A stretch of DNA of 64,000 bases from Candidatus Micrarchaeota archaeon (lineage in GTDB: Archaea > Micrarchaeota > Micrarchaeia > Micrarchaeales > Micrarchaeaceae): positions 32,001-96,000 of the forward strand of contig DAHWIF010000011.1 of NCBI GenBank assembly GCA_027345565.1, written 5' to 3'. The position numbers and the translations under genes are program-made. This document shows, piece after piece, positions 1-9,994 of the stretch. The notes beneath the pieces were generated by a model. That model saw only the letters and a program-made list of their open reading frames with translations, was not told where the DNA came from and did no database searches. The first letter of the stretch is position 1, and every line of letters starts with the position of its first letter.

Positions 1-23
1 GCTCTTAGCCAGGAATAGATCCA

Positions 24-947
24 ATGGAAAAGATGGTAATAGCGTTTGGCGGCAATGCGCTTGAGCGGCCTGGAGAGTCCCCTAAATACGGCTTGGAGGC
101 AAGAAATGTAGAGAAAGCGATAGGAAGCATATCTCATGTCTTCAAGAGCCGCACCGGCCTGCTCCTAACGCACGGCAACGGAACACAGGTCGGTGTTGAA
201 TACCTTAGGAACAGGTACGCACATAGGTGGGTTGCGCCACTGCCGTTCCAGGCGCTGAATGCAGAGACTCAGGCTACTATAGGAACGCTAATCGAGACGG
301 CTGTTCTGAAGAGGCTTAAGAGCATGCGTGTTGGCAGAAGCGCGGTCGCCCTTCTAACCCATGTGCTAGTAAGCCCTAAAGACAGAGCATTCAGGAATCC
401 ATCGAAGCCCGTAGGCCCAGTGTATTCCAAGACGGCGCTGAGAGACGCTCACAAGCTTGAGAGATTCAGGTATGTAAGATACGGAAACGGGTACAGGCGG
501 GTCGTCGCTTCGCCTTTCCCTAAGGCGGTATCTGAAAGCCGGACGATAAAACACCTTGTTGAAAGCGGGCGCATAGTGATAGCTGGCGGCGGAGGCGGCA
601 TACCGATAATAGACAGCGCAGGCACATACCCGAAAAGCGCTGCCGTTATAGACAAGGACCTGACCGCCGGGCTGCTGGCGACGTCGATAGGCGCCAAAAC
701 GCTCGTCATACTTACCTCTGAGGATTACGTCTACCGCAACTACCCGGACAATAAAGATCCAATAAGGAGGGTTCACGCTAAGGAGTTGGATCGCATGCTA
801 AACACTTTCGATGCAGGAACTATGAGGCCAAAGGTACAGGCGTGTGTGGAATTCATAGAGCACGGAGGCAAAAAGGCGTTCATCGGACGGCTCTGGGGAT
901 TCGAATCCATAATACGAGGAACATCGGGCACCATGATCGTCAAGTGA
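24..947 (+). CDS. arcC: Carbamate kinase
   Basis: Motifs VIAFGGNAL, THGNGTQVG, PSKPVGP, YRRVVASP, GGGGGIP, AVIDKDL and GTMRPKV are typical of carbamate kinase. Confidence 0.93.
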   Translation: MEKMVIAFGGNALERPGESPKYGLEARNVEKAIGSISHVFKSRTGLLLTHGNGTQVGVEYLRNRYAHRWVAPLPFQALNAETQATIGTLIETAVLKRLKSMRVGRSAVALLTHVLVSPKDRAFRNPSKPVGPVYSKTALRDAHKLERFRYVRYGNGYRRVVASPFPKAVSESRTIKHLVESGRIVIAGGGGGIPIIDSAGTYPKSAAVIDKDLTAGLLATSIGAKTLVILTSEDYVYRNYPDNKDPIRRVHAKELDRMLNTFDAGTMRPKVQACVEFIEHGGKKAFIGRLWGFESIIRGTSGTMIVK

Positions 948-1284
948 TCCTTTGGCGCATCATATTGCAAAATGATAAAGATTTGCCTGCCTTCCTCTCC
1001 CTTATTCTCCTGAAGAAGTTCTGGTACGCCTTCAATAGCCTGAACTTTATCCCGCATCTTGTCTGGGAATACAGCAGCAGGTATTTCCTGTCCTTCTCTA
1101 TCTCCTTTGCGGACCTGTTCAATACCGCCATCGATATTGCTGTGTTGCCCTCCTTGTAGGACTTTATCGTCTTCTCAAGGAGGAGGTTGTAGAACTCCTT
1201 TGCAAGGACAAGCCTCTCGTCTATCTCCCTCTGCCTTTTGGCATCGGGGTAGATGCTGAATTTGTAGGCCCTCATAATGTCCAT
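940..1284 (-). pseudogene. tnpB: Truncated TnpB (IS200/IS605 OrfB), N-terminal ~100 aa only
   Basis: MRAYKFSIYPD...FYNLLL...YSQ...LLKAYQNFFRR matches the TnpB N-terminus; the ORF ends before any RuvC or Zn-finger region. Confidence 0.85.
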
Positions 1285-1385
1285 AAAACAAGTATTATAG
1301 TTCATATTTATATACTTTACTACATGATGTGATTCATGCGGCTCAATCCATCCGCCGCCTTGAAAGGCGGGGATTTCTTGAACCA
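940..1385 (-). mobile_element. IS200/IS605-family relic with subterminal hairpin
   Basis: Hairpin ATCC-G-CCGCCT-TGAA-AGGCGG-GGAT at 1350-1374 lies upstream of the tnpB fragment and resembles IS605 end hairpins. Confidence 0.7.
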
Positions 1386-1495
1386 CAGCCTTTTAAATAT
1401 CTGCGCGGCCACTCTACTTCTGAGGGACTGTGCATATGGAATCATCCGGCATTGTGCGGGCAGGTGCGCCTACAGATATCATACCTAGGCGGAGC

Positions 1496-2005
1496 ATGGC
1501 CAGCTCGCTAATGCAAAAGATAGGGGATATTGGCAGCTACGTGGGCGACGAAAGAGGAATTGCATTCCTGACTTCCATGAGGGTGCTGATCTTTGAGAAT
1601 TCCTACCCGGATGACAAGTTCTCTGGAGAGAATAGCAGGCCGATTGCTGTTGATAAGATATTTTATGTGCCTTGGAGCGAAGGGCGGCTGCAGTCGCTGC
1701 TGCGCATGGACAGGGAGGGCTTGCTGGGGCTTTTGCGGAAGGAGCCGCCTTTGGTTGTTGAGATAAGCTTCTTTGACGGATCATCTTTATACGTTATCGG
1801 AACCAACGGCAACCACAGGGTTGCGGCTTCTGCTGCGATAGGCATCCGGGATGTGCCTGCAGCGGTTGAGGCGCGCTGGACGTGCGGTTTGGAGGGCAGG
1901 CACTTGGAGTGGCTTGTTGGGGAGGCAGAAGAGAGAGCAATGCGCTGGCTTGAGCGCTCCAGAGCCGCTTCGGGTACGGCGAATGTGGTTAATGCACTGC
2001 ATTGA
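1496..2005 (+). CDS. ParB/sulfiredoxin-like domain protein
   Basis: YVIGTNGNHRVAASAAIG resembles the ParB/Srx xDG(H/N)HR motif; ATG 1496 chosen as start (track gives 1430). Confidence 0.5.
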   Translation: MASSLMQKIGDIGSYVGDERGIAFLTSMRVLIFENSYPDDKFSGENSRPIAVDKIFYVPWSEGRLQSLLRMDREGLLGLLRKEPPLVVEISFFDGSSLYVIGTNGNHRVAASAAIGIRDVPAAVEARWTCGLEGRHLEWLVGEAEERAMRWLERSRAASGTANVVNALH

Positions 2006-2555
2006 GCACGCTTTCCAGTATCTTCCGCTCCTCTTCCGCGAATATCTTCTCTTCCTTGATGCTTTTTCTCTTCAGAGTGAAGTCCAGCACTAAAAACCTA
2101 TCGTCCTCTTTACCGTGGATTGTTGATACGAGTATCTTCACTGGGTCATCTATGTCAGGTATGCCCTCTATCTCCAGTATCCATTCCTCTGTAACCCTCC
2201 TATAGTGCATGAGCGTCGATATCTCCTCTACGGCGAGCATCAGCTTCTTTGCGCTTTCTATCTTCTCTACCTCTTCCGGGCTTATTCCCGGTTTCCCTTC
2301 CCTATCAGCGATGTATCTGCCGTAGTCGCGCAGCATTGTCGCGCTATCTTTTGCTATCTCGTTGGCTACAAACAGGTCACGCTCATCGTCGCTAGGCACC
2401 TCAGAGGATACCAGCCTGCCTTCGACCTTCATCCTGCCTGCCTTTACCTCGTTCTGTAGCGTAAGTATCGCCTCGTTCGCCAGCTCGGCCTTCACTTTCA
2501 CGAGTAGGTCCTCGCATATTATCCATGCGGCGATTCCGTCATGTTCTGCCATCAA
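1989..2555 (-). CDS. Hypothetical acidic helical protein
   Basis: 188-aa ORF whose start overlaps the thrC-like stop, so it is translationally coupled. Confidence 0.7.
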   Translation of the reverse strand: MMAEHDGIAAWIICEDLLVKVKAELANEAILTLQNEVKAGRMKVEGRLVSSEVPSDDERDLFVANEIAKDSATMLRDYGRYIADREGKPGISPEEVEKIESAKKLMLAVEEISTLMHYRRVTEEWILEIEGIPDIDDPVKILVSTIHGKEDDRFLVLDFTLKRKSIKEEKIFAEEERKILESVLNAVH

Positions 2556-3589
2556 AGATTGCCACCACTTATTATTGCGACCACCTTGTCGCCTCTTCTG
2601 AACCTGAGTTTCCCGTATGCCGCGATGCTAGCTGCGCCAGCAAGCTCCGCCCTCACTCCATCGTTTTTGTAGAGCGCCTCCTGAGCGGCCTGCATCTCAC
2701 TGTCGTCTACCGTAACAACTGTGCCGCCGCTCTCACGTATTGCACGTACGGCTTCCGTGCCATATGTTGGCATTCCAACCGCTATCGCATCCGCCTTTGT
2801 GCGCGGAGTCTCGTATCTTACCGGTCTTCCTAACCTGAACGACTTTGCAAGCGGGCTGCACCCTTCTGCCTGGACCGCTATTATCCTTGCTTTGGCTCTC
2901 ATCTCATGCAGCGCCTTCGCGATGCCGCTTAGAAGCGTCGCATTTCCCACAGGGATTATGATATGAATAAAGCCTTTTAGCTGCGCCGCGATCTCATAAG
3001 CTATTGTCCTCTGCCCCTCTTTCCTGTAGCAGTAGTCGCCTGCGAGGAACGCGCCGGTCTTTTCTGAATACTTTATTGCTGCAGCCTGCGCTGCCGAGAA
3101 ATCCTTATGCGCGCGATATATTTTTGCATCATGGGTCATCAGTATATTCCTCACCTTATCCGGGTTTGCCGCACCTCCTATGAAGGCTATCACCCTGGTC
3201 CCTGACGCTTTTGCATAATAAGCGAGCGAGTACGCCATGTTGCCTGTCGAGGCTACGGCTATCTCCTTGTATCCATACTCATTAGCTTTTGCTATCTCTA
3301 TTACAGAGCCCCTGTCCTTGAACGACCCCGTCGGATTGCAAAGCTCGAGTTTCAGGAATAAGCCGCTATGAGAGTTGCTCTCGACCAGGGCGGTGCCGCC
3401 AAGAGCGTAGCGGGTGTATTCAGAGTCTGGTAATACGCTCTCATAATCCCAAAAGCTTGCGCTCTTTGGGATTTTCAGCCTTCCCTTGTATATGACATCG
3501 AGAATCCCGCCGCACCTGCCGCATAGCTGTCTATCATAGTCGCTGCTGAATCCAGAGCCGCACTTAGTGCATTCGAGGTAGTAGTCCAT
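2552..3589 (-). CDS. thrC: Threonine synthase-like PLP enzyme (fold type II)
   Basis: N-terminal CxxC..CxxC, NPTGSFKDRG (PLP lysine), ASTGN, IPVGNA. Confidence 0.8.
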   Translation of the reverse strand: MDYYLECTKCGSGFSSDYDRQLCGRCGGILDVIYKGRLKIPKSASFWDYESVLPDSEYTRYALGGTALVESNSHSGLFLKLELCNPTGSFKDRGSVIEIAKANEYGYKEIAVASTGNMAYSLAYYAKASGTRVIAFIGGAANPDKVRNILMTHDAKIYRAHKDFSAAQAAAIKYSEKTGAFLAGDYCYRKEGQRTIAYEIAAQLKGFIHIIIPVGNATLLSGIAKALHEMRAKARIIAVQAEGCSPLAKSFRLGRPVRYETPRTKADAIAVGMPTYGTEAVRAIRESGGTVVTVDDSEMQAAQEALYKNDGVRAELAGAASIAAYGKLRFRRGDKVVAIISGGNL

Positions 3590-3593
3590 ATTC

Positions 3594-6386
3594 TTATTTG
3601 GACAGCAATTTCTTTATAACGTAGTTAAGTATGCCATTTGACCTGTAATACTCCATCTCTATCGGCGTATCTATCCTGCTCATGATCTCTGCATCAGCCT
3701 CTGCCCCGGTATCGCTTCGAGTGTATCTCATTTTCACCATGTCTCTGGGCTTCATACCGTCATTCAGCACTATAGTGATCGGTTTCGAGAAGTCCACCTT
3801 TAGCGTCTGTGCGTCTTCTCCTGCCTTGAACTGCAACGGGATTATGCCCATCCCTACGAGGTTGCTCCTATGGATCCTTTCGAAGCTCTTTGCAACCACA
3901 GCCTTCACCCCGAGCAGCATGGGCCCTTTCGCGGCCCAGTCGCGTGAGCTTCCTGAGCCGTATTCCGATCCGGCAAGAACGATGAGCGGCACTCCTTCAG
4001 CCTTGTACCGCATCGCAACATCGTATATCGTACCCTTCTGTGCATCAGGATAGTGCAAAGTGAAACCCCCTTCCTTGCCAGGTAGCATGATATTCTTTAT
4101 GCGGCTGTTCGCGAATGTGCCCCTCATCATGACCTCGTGGTTGCCTCGCCTCGACCCGTAGCTGTTGAAGTCTGCTGGCTGCACCCCATGCTCAATCAGG
4201 TACATGCCTGCCGGGCTAGCTGCGCTTATCGCCCCTGCAGGCGATATGTGGTCCGTAGAGATGGAGTCGCCGAAGGCGGCAAGCACCATTGCGTTCTTTA
4301 TAGGCTCGACGCTCCCTTTGCTCCTTGGGTCGAAGCCCTCGAAGAACGGCGGCTGCCTTATGTATGTGCTGTCTCGCTCCCATGCGTACATCTTGCCTGC
4401 CGCTGCCGGCAGCTTGTTCCAATACGGATTGACATCGTATATGTGGCTGCCATACTCCTTCTCGAATATGTCCTCGCTTATGACCCTATCCATGACCTCC
4501 TTTATCTCTGCCTGCGTAGGCCAGATGTCCTTTAAGTAGACATCCTCCCCTTTGTCGTTCTTCGCCAACGGCTCCTTTGTGAGGTCCTTGAGCACGGTGC
4601 CGGCTATGCCGAAAGCCACCAGTAGGGGCGGTGACATCAAGTAATTCGCCCTCACATCCGTATGTATCCTCGCCTCGTAGTTCCTGTTGCCGGACAACAC
4701 CGATGCAACGGCAAGCTTGTTGGCGTTTATCGCCTCGCTCTGCTTCTCGATGAGTGGGCCGCTGTTTCCTATGCAGGTTATGCAGCCGTATCCTACCAGC
4801 TCGTAGCCTAGCTTCTCCAGGGGCTCTATGAGACCTGCCTTCTGCAGGTATCTCGTGACTACCCGCGAGCCTGGGCCCAGGCTCGTTTTCACCTTCCTTG
4901 TGTCGACCCTGAGACCCTTCTCAACCGCCTTCTTTGCGAGAAGACCGGCGCCTATCATCACCGATGGGTTACTGGTATTGGTGCAGCTGGTTATCGACGA
5001 TATGACGACATCGCCATCCGACAGGGTAATCTCGTAACCGTCATCATACCTTATCTTCACAGATTTTTGGTTGTGGTGGAGCGGCGCGTCCTTCATATGG
5101 CTGCTTCCTACCGCCATGCTCTCGTCAGACCATCTCGTATAATCCTTCGCATTCATCCTATTTGGGTCGCCTTTGCCATCTTCCAGGAATATTCCTATGA
5201 ACTCCTCTTTTATCCTGCCAAGCGGGATCTGCTCCTTCGGCTGCGCGGGCCCTGAGACGCTCGGCTCTATCGAACCCAGGTCAACATCGAGAGTATCGCT
5301 GTATTCGACTTTGCTATAGTCGATGTCAAGCATACGCTGCTCTGTATAGTACCTCCTGATGAGCTCTATCTGCTCCGCGCTCCTGCCGGTCACCCTCATG
5401 TAATGCAGCGTCTCTTCATCCACCGGGAATATCGCAATGGTTGCGCCATACTCCGGGCACATGTTAGAGAGCGTTGCGCGGTCTGGAAGCGACAGATTCC
5501 TTAACCCGTCTCCGAAGAACTCAACGAACATGTTGACAACCCCCTTATCCCTTAGCAGCCTTGTCAGCGTTAATGCGAAGTCTGTCGCCGTGACCCCGTC
5601 CTTAAGGCTGCCTGACAGGCGCACACCGAGCACCTTCGGAGTTGTGAACGAGACGGGCTGGTCAAGGAGCGCCGCTTCTGCCTCTATGCCACCTACGCCG
5701 AATCCGACTATGCCCAAGCCGTCTATCATCGTGGTGTGTGAATCGGTGCCGACAAGCGTGTCCGGATAAGCCACATAGTTGCTGCCGTCCTGGCGCATTG
5801 TGACGCACGTCGCCAGGTACTCTAGGTTCACCTGGTGGCATATGCCCGCAGAAGGAGGGAACACCCTGAAGTTCTTAAGCGCATGGCTCGCCCATTTCAG
5901 CAGCTTATACCTCTCCGCATTCCTCTCTATCTCCTTCTCCTGGTTTATCTCCAATGCCTGTATGACATTGAATGCATCGACCTGCACGGAATGGTCTATT
6001 ATCAGGTCTGTCGGTATTATTGGCTGTGCCGCGTCAGGTGACCCGCCATTTTTCGTTATGTAGTCCCTTATCGCCGCTATGTCAACCACCGCAGGCACAC
6101 CCGTAAAGTCCTGCATCAGTATCCTTGACACCTTGAACGGCACGTCCCTGTCGTCTGGGATCTTTGCATTCCAATTGGCTAACGCTTTCACGTCCTCTTC
6201 GGTGACCGCCTTGCCATCGAGGTTCCTTATAAGCGATTCCAATACAATGCGTATGGAGAACGGCAGACCCGATGTCCTGCCTATCCCTAGCTCCTCCAAC
6301 GCCGGTATCGAATAGTATAGCACCCTTTTCCCATTAAGGTCGAAGCTTCTCAGAGCCGTTTCCTTCATGTTGCCGATACCAGCCAT
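3594..6386 (-). CDS. acnA: Aconitate hydratase A
   Basis: MQDFTGVP, GTDSHTTM, ITSCTNTSN, GCITCIGNSG, GSGSSRDWAAKG. Confidence 0.97.
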   Translation of the reverse strand: MAGIGNMKETALRSFDLNGKRVLYYSIPALEELGIGRTSGLPFSIRIVLESLIRNLDGKAVTEEDVKALANWNAKIPDDRDVPFKVSRILMQDFTGVPAVVDIAAIRDYITKNGGSPDAAQPIIPTDLIIDHSVQVDAFNVIQALEINQEKEIERNAERYKLLKWASHALKNFRVFPPSAGICHQVNLEYLATCVTMRQDGSNYVAYPDTLVGTDSHTTMIDGLGIVGFGVGGIEAEAALLDQPVSFTTPKVLGVRLSGSLKDGVTATDFALTLTRLLRDKGVVNMFVEFFGDGLRNLSLPDRATLSNMCPEYGATIAIFPVDEETLHYMRVTGRSAEQIELIRRYYTEQRMLDIDYSKVEYSDTLDVDLGSIEPSVSGPAQPKEQIPLGRIKEEFIGIFLEDGKGDPNRMNAKDYTRWSDESMAVGSSHMKDAPLHHNQKSVKIRYDDGYEITLSDGDVVISSITSCTNTSNPSVMIGAGLLAKKAVEKGLRVDTRKVKTSLGPGSRVVTRYLQKAGLIEPLEKLGYELVGYGCITCIGNSGPLIEKQSEAINANKLAVASVLSGNRNYEARIHTDVRANYLMSPPLLVAFGIAGTVLKDLTKEPLAKNDKGEDVYLKDIWPTQAEIKEVMDRVISEDIFEKEYGSHIYDVNPYWNKLPAAAGKMYAWERDSTYIRQPPFFEGFDPRSKGSVEPIKNAMVLAAFGDSISTDHISPAGAISAASPAGMYLIEHGVQPADFNSYGSRRGNHEVMMRGTFANSRIKNIMLPGKEGGFTLHYPDAQKGTIYDVAMRYKAEGVPLIVLAGSEYGSGSSRDWAAKGPMLLGVKAVVAKSFERIHRSNLVGMGIIPLQFKAGEDAQTLKVDFSKPITIVLNDGMKPRDMVKMRYTRSDTGAEADAEIMSRIDTPIEMEYYRSNGILNYVIKKLLSK

Positions 6387-6393
6387 GATACCA

Positions 6394-7326
6394 TCAGAGC
6401 ATCGAGTCCACTTGCTTTGTAAGCGCTTTAACCTTCTCTGCGGACACTTTCAGCGCCGTGTTCTCCTCCTCGGAGAGCTTTAACTGTATTATGCGCTCCA
6501 TCCCATTGCTGCCGAGTACAACCGGCACACCCATAAATATGCCGCTCATGCCGTATTCGCCGTCTAGGAACGCCGCGCATGGCAGCACCTCCTTCTTGTC
6601 CTCCAGCATCGATGTTATCATCTGGAGTAACGAGGATGCCGGGGCGTAGAATGCGCTTGATTCCTTCTCTAGCCTTATTATCTCGGCTCCGCCGTCCCGA
6701 GTTCTCTGTATGAGCTGGTCTATCTTCTCCTTCGGCATAAGCTCCGTGATCGGGGTGCCGTTTACCGTTGAATTGGCCGGCAGCGGCACCATGAAGTCGC
6801 CGTGTCCGCCCAACACCGCTGCGGACACGCTTTCCACGCTAACCCCCAGCTCCTGCGCTATGAAGGTGCGGAACCTTGCAGAGTCCAGTATGCCTGCCAT
6901 GCCGACAACGCGCTCCCTTGGGAACCCTGTCACCTTCTTCGCCAGGTAGACCATCTCATCGAGCGGATTGGTAAGCACTATGAGCTTGCTCTCAGGCGCG
7001 TTGGCCTTAACCTGACCGCATATCCCGCCAACTATCTGGGCGTTTGTCTTGAGCAGATCGTCCCTGGACATCCCTTCTTTCCTGGGCATCCCTGCCGTTA
7101 TGACCACTATCTCGCTGCCCTTTATGTCGGCATAATCCGATGTTCCTCTCACTTTTGTGTCGAATCCATCGATAGGGCCGCTCTCCATTATGTCTAGGGC
7201 TATGCCCTTCGCTGTGCCCTCGGTCCTGTTCCAAATCACTATGTCGCAGATGTCCTTCCTCGCTAGAAGCTCCGCTGTAGTTGAGCCTACCCTGCCCGCG
7301 CCTATGATAGTCACCTTCTTCCTCAA
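6394..7326 (-). CDS. mdh: Malate dehydrogenase (LDH-like)
   Basis: GAGRVG, TAGMPRKEGMSRDDL, LDSARF, GGHGD. Confidence 0.95.
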   Translation of the reverse strand: MRKKVTIIGAGRVGSTTAELLARKDICDIVIWNRTEGTAKGIALDIMESGPIDGFDTKVRGTSDYADIKGSEIVVITAGMPRKEGMSRDDLLKTNAQIVGGICGQVKANAPESKLIVLTNPLDEMVYLAKKVTGFPRERVVGMAGILDSARFRTFIAQELGVSVESVSAAVLGGHGDFMVPLPANSTVNGTPITELMPKEKIDQLIQRTRDGGAEIIRLEKESSAFYAPASSLLQMITSMLEDKKEVLPCAAFLDGEYGMSGIFMGVPVVLGSNGMERIIQLKLSEEENTALKVSAEKVKALTKQVDSML

Positions 7327-7330
7327 TCGC

Positions 7331-8482
7331 TCATCTCTGGTCTATTGGCACGTATTTCAGGCCTGTCTGGCCGGTGTACTGCTCAAGAGGCCTTATCAGC
7401 TTGTTCTCCTCCCAATACTCCAGCATGTGGGCGCACCACCCCGATATCCTGCTTGCGGCGAAAAGCGGCGTGAAAAGCTCCACCTTTATGCCGGCGCTCA
7501 CATAGACGGGCCCTGCGAAGAAATCCACGTTCGGCCAGATTCCGTGGCTCTGGCCGAGTTTCTCTATCATGAGCCTCTCGCCTCTCAGCGCTATCTCCGT
7601 TAGCCTGCGCACCTCCTCCGACGAGCTGTTCTGCAGCGATAGCAGATAGCTCTTTATCACCCTTGCTCTTGGGTCGTACGCCTTGTAGACCCTGTGCCCG
7701 AATCCCATTATCCTCTTCTTGCCTGCGAGCGCATCGTTTATGTACTGCTCAGTGTTGCCCGGGTCGCCTATCGCATACATCATCCTCAACGCCTCCTCGT
7801 CAGCCCCTCCATGTAGCGGCCCTTTGAGCGTCCCTATTCCTGAAGTGACAGAGGAATACAGGTCAGAAAGAGTAGACCCGGTTACAAGCGTGGAGAATGT
7901 CGAGGCGTTGGAGCTGTGCTCCGCCTGCAGGATGAACATCATCTCGACAGGCTTGTGTTGCTCTGGTGTAGGTTTCGTCCCGTTAAGCATGTATAGGAAG
8001 TTCTCCGAAAGAGAGAGGCTGGCGTCAGGGCTGACGTAGCTCCCTCCATTCCTGTAGCGGCCTATCGTAGCCACGATGCTCGACAGTTTTGATATGAGCC
8101 TTGCCGTTTTCCTGAGATTGGCTTCCTTTGATGAATCGGACGCCTCGTTGTCATAGAGCGATAGCGATGAAACTGCGGTCCTTAGGACATCCATGGGGTC
8201 CGCTTTCGCAGCGTTGCTTGCGATCATCTCCACGATGCCTTTCGGCAGGTCCCTCTCTGCCTTGAGTTGTGCGGCGAAACTGTCGAGCTCTGCCCTTTTC
8301 GGCAGCTTCCCATATATCAAGAGGTATGCGACCTCCTCGTAGCTCGAGCTGCCTGCGAGCTCCTCTATAGGATAGCCACGGTAATAGAGTTTCCCAGCTA
8401 CGCCGTCGACTTTGCATATGCTGCTCTCGGCGACGTATACGCCGTCCAGTCCCTTGTGCACTATCGGTGCCTCGTCGGCCAT
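7331..8482 (-). CDS. gltA: Citrate synthase
   Basis: GKLYYRGY, GPLHGGA, MGFGHRVYK-DPR, NVDF. Confidence 0.95.
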   Translation of the reverse strand: MADEAPIVHKGLDGVYVAESSICKVDGVAGKLYYRGYPIEELAGSSSYEEVAYLLIYGKLPKRAELDSFAAQLKAERDLPKGIVEMIASNAAKADPMDVLRTAVSSLSLYDNEASDSSKEANLRKTARLISKLSSIVATIGRYRNGGSYVSPDASLSLSENFLYMLNGTKPTPEQHKPVEMMFILQAEHSSNASTFSTLVTGSTLSDLYSSVTSGIGTLKGPLHGGADEEALRMMYAIGDPGNTEQYINDALAGKKRIMGFGHRVYKAYDPRARVIKSYLLSLQNSSSEEVRRLTEIALRGERLMIEKLGQSHGIWPNVDFFAGPVYVSAGIKVELFTPLFAASRISGWCAHMLEYWEENKLIRPLEQYTGQTGLKYVPIDQR

Positions 8483-8594
8483 CCCTCCACAACATTATAT
8501 GGCACTAAACGCATTTATTCTTTGGTGTTATTATACCGAAATATTTAAATATTTACTTGTGTATAATATATTTATTTAAGTATAAGGTGCTGGG
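8483..8594. promoter_or_regulatory. AT-rich divergent promoter region between gltA and the pilin operon
   Basis: Several TATA-like boxes (ATTTAAAT, TATAATATA, TTTATTTA) between divergently transcribed genes. Confidence 0.55.
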
Positions 8595-8954
8595 TTGGGT
8601 TTGATTAAGGTAGCTAAGTGCGTGCTTGTGCCGATGACTGTGGCGCTGATCCTGCTTGGGACGGCTCACGGCGCATCACCACAAATGACACTGCAGATCG
8701 TTACAGAGCTTGGGAATGTGAAGAGCATACTGGGGCAGGTTGGTCCGGTACTCAGCGCCGTGCTTTTCATAATAGCCGGCGTGTTCTATGCCATTGGACA
8801 GGTGATGCCGCCGGACAAGAGGGCCAACTTCCACAGCACCGCCATAAACATAATTATAGGGGCGATTGTGGTCGGGGTCCTGAGCGTGGCTTCTACCTCT
8901 CTTGCGACAGCCTCATCGCACCTGCTCAGCAACATGACCTCGAACTCGCTTTAG
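8595..8954 (+). CDS. VirB2/TrbC (CedA1-like) pilin
   Basis: Signal-peptide-like N-terminus ending AHG-A, an amphipathic helix, then two hydrophobic helices separated by a short basic loop (MPPDKRANF). Confidence 0.65.
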   Translation: MGLIKVAKCVLVPMTVALILLGTAHGASPQMTLQIVTELGNVKSILGQVGPVLSAVLFIIAGVFYAIGQVMPPDKRANFHSTAINIIIGAIVVGVLSVASTSLATASSHLLSNMTSNSL

Positions 8955-8961
8955 TGGTGGA

Positions 8962-9987
8962 TTGTTAGGGTATGACATAGCCGTCAGCGTGATAGCCATA
9001 ATGATAAGCATAGGCGGAATAATCCTGGGCCTCGGCTATGCGATGGACAACAGCAGGCTCAAAAACTTTGGGAGGGACGAGCTTATCCAGTCCTTCATCA
9101 ACGGTGCGATGGTTGGTGCGCTCTTCCTCTTCTTTAGCCCGGCTGGGCTCGGCACCGGCATCATAAACGGGATTATTTCCGGCGCGCATGCCAACGCGTC
9201 GTGCAGCAGCTATATGAGCACTAACTATGCAATATGCTTCGCATACAACTATCTGGTCGGAATAAAGCCTGTCACTATAAACAACGCCAGCTATCCCTCC
9301 CTGCTCGACTCGTCCCTGGAGCTGCTGCTGCCTGCATCCGGGATATATGTCACGCTGGGCCTCATATCCTCTGTGCAGCTTGGATTCGGCGTTGCATCGA
9401 TATCTTTTGCCAACATACTTACACCCGTGTTGTCGCAAGAAGACTTCATAATAACCGGGCTCACGTTTGCGATAATAGGCATATATGCGCAGTCTGTGCT
9501 GCTGGGCGTAATCGCCGTAGTGGCGGTGCCGTTGCTCCTGCCTGTAGGCCTGGTGCTTAGGACCTTCTATCCTACAAGGAGGCTTGGCGGCACGGCCATC
9601 GCGATAGCCATAGGCCTCTTCGCCATTTTCCCTTTGACCTACCTGCTTGATGCGCAGATAACGGCCAACTATTCCGGTGCGATAAACCAGGCGGCGCTGA
9701 GCGCATTCTCGGTGCAGGCGAACAGTTTGGAAGGCGGCGTGTTCTCGCTAGGTGCGCTATCAGCAAACGCGCTATCCGGGCCGCTTCAGGGGCTTGCATC
9801 TGGGATATCGGGGCTGGTAAGCTCCTTCTCGGGCTTGATAAAGGAGCTGCTGAGCTGGCTTGCCCTCCTTATAGTGCAGGTTTTCTTCTTCCCTGTGCTC
9901 AGCGTCGTCCTGACAATAACGGCGATACGCGAGCTCGCCAAGATATTGGGCTCAGAGGTATCCTTTGGCAGATTTGATGTGTTCTAG
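8962..9987 (+). CDS. Polytopic membrane protein, VirB6/CedA-like
   Basis: About 6-7 hydrophobic segments; LLPVGLVLRTFYPTRRLGGTAIAIAIG is reminiscent of CedA/VirB6; lies between the pilin and the ATPase. Confidence 0.55.
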   Translation: MLGYDIAVSVIAIMISIGGIILGLGYAMDNSRLKNFGRDELIQSFINGAMVGALFLFFSPAGLGTGIINGIISGAHANASCSSYMSTNYAICFAYNYLVGIKPVTINNASYPSLLDSSLELLLPASGIYVTLGLISSVQLGFGVASISFANILTPVLSQEDFIITGLTFAIIGIYAQSVLLGVIAVVAVPLLLPVGLVLRTFYPTRRLGGTAIAIAIGLFAIFPLTYLLDAQITANYSGAINQAALSAFSVQANSLEGGVFSLGALSANALSGPLQGLASGISGLVSSFSGLIKELLSWLALLIVQVFFFPVLSVVLTITAIRELAKILGSEVSFGRFDVF

Positions 9988-9994
9988 TGAGCAG

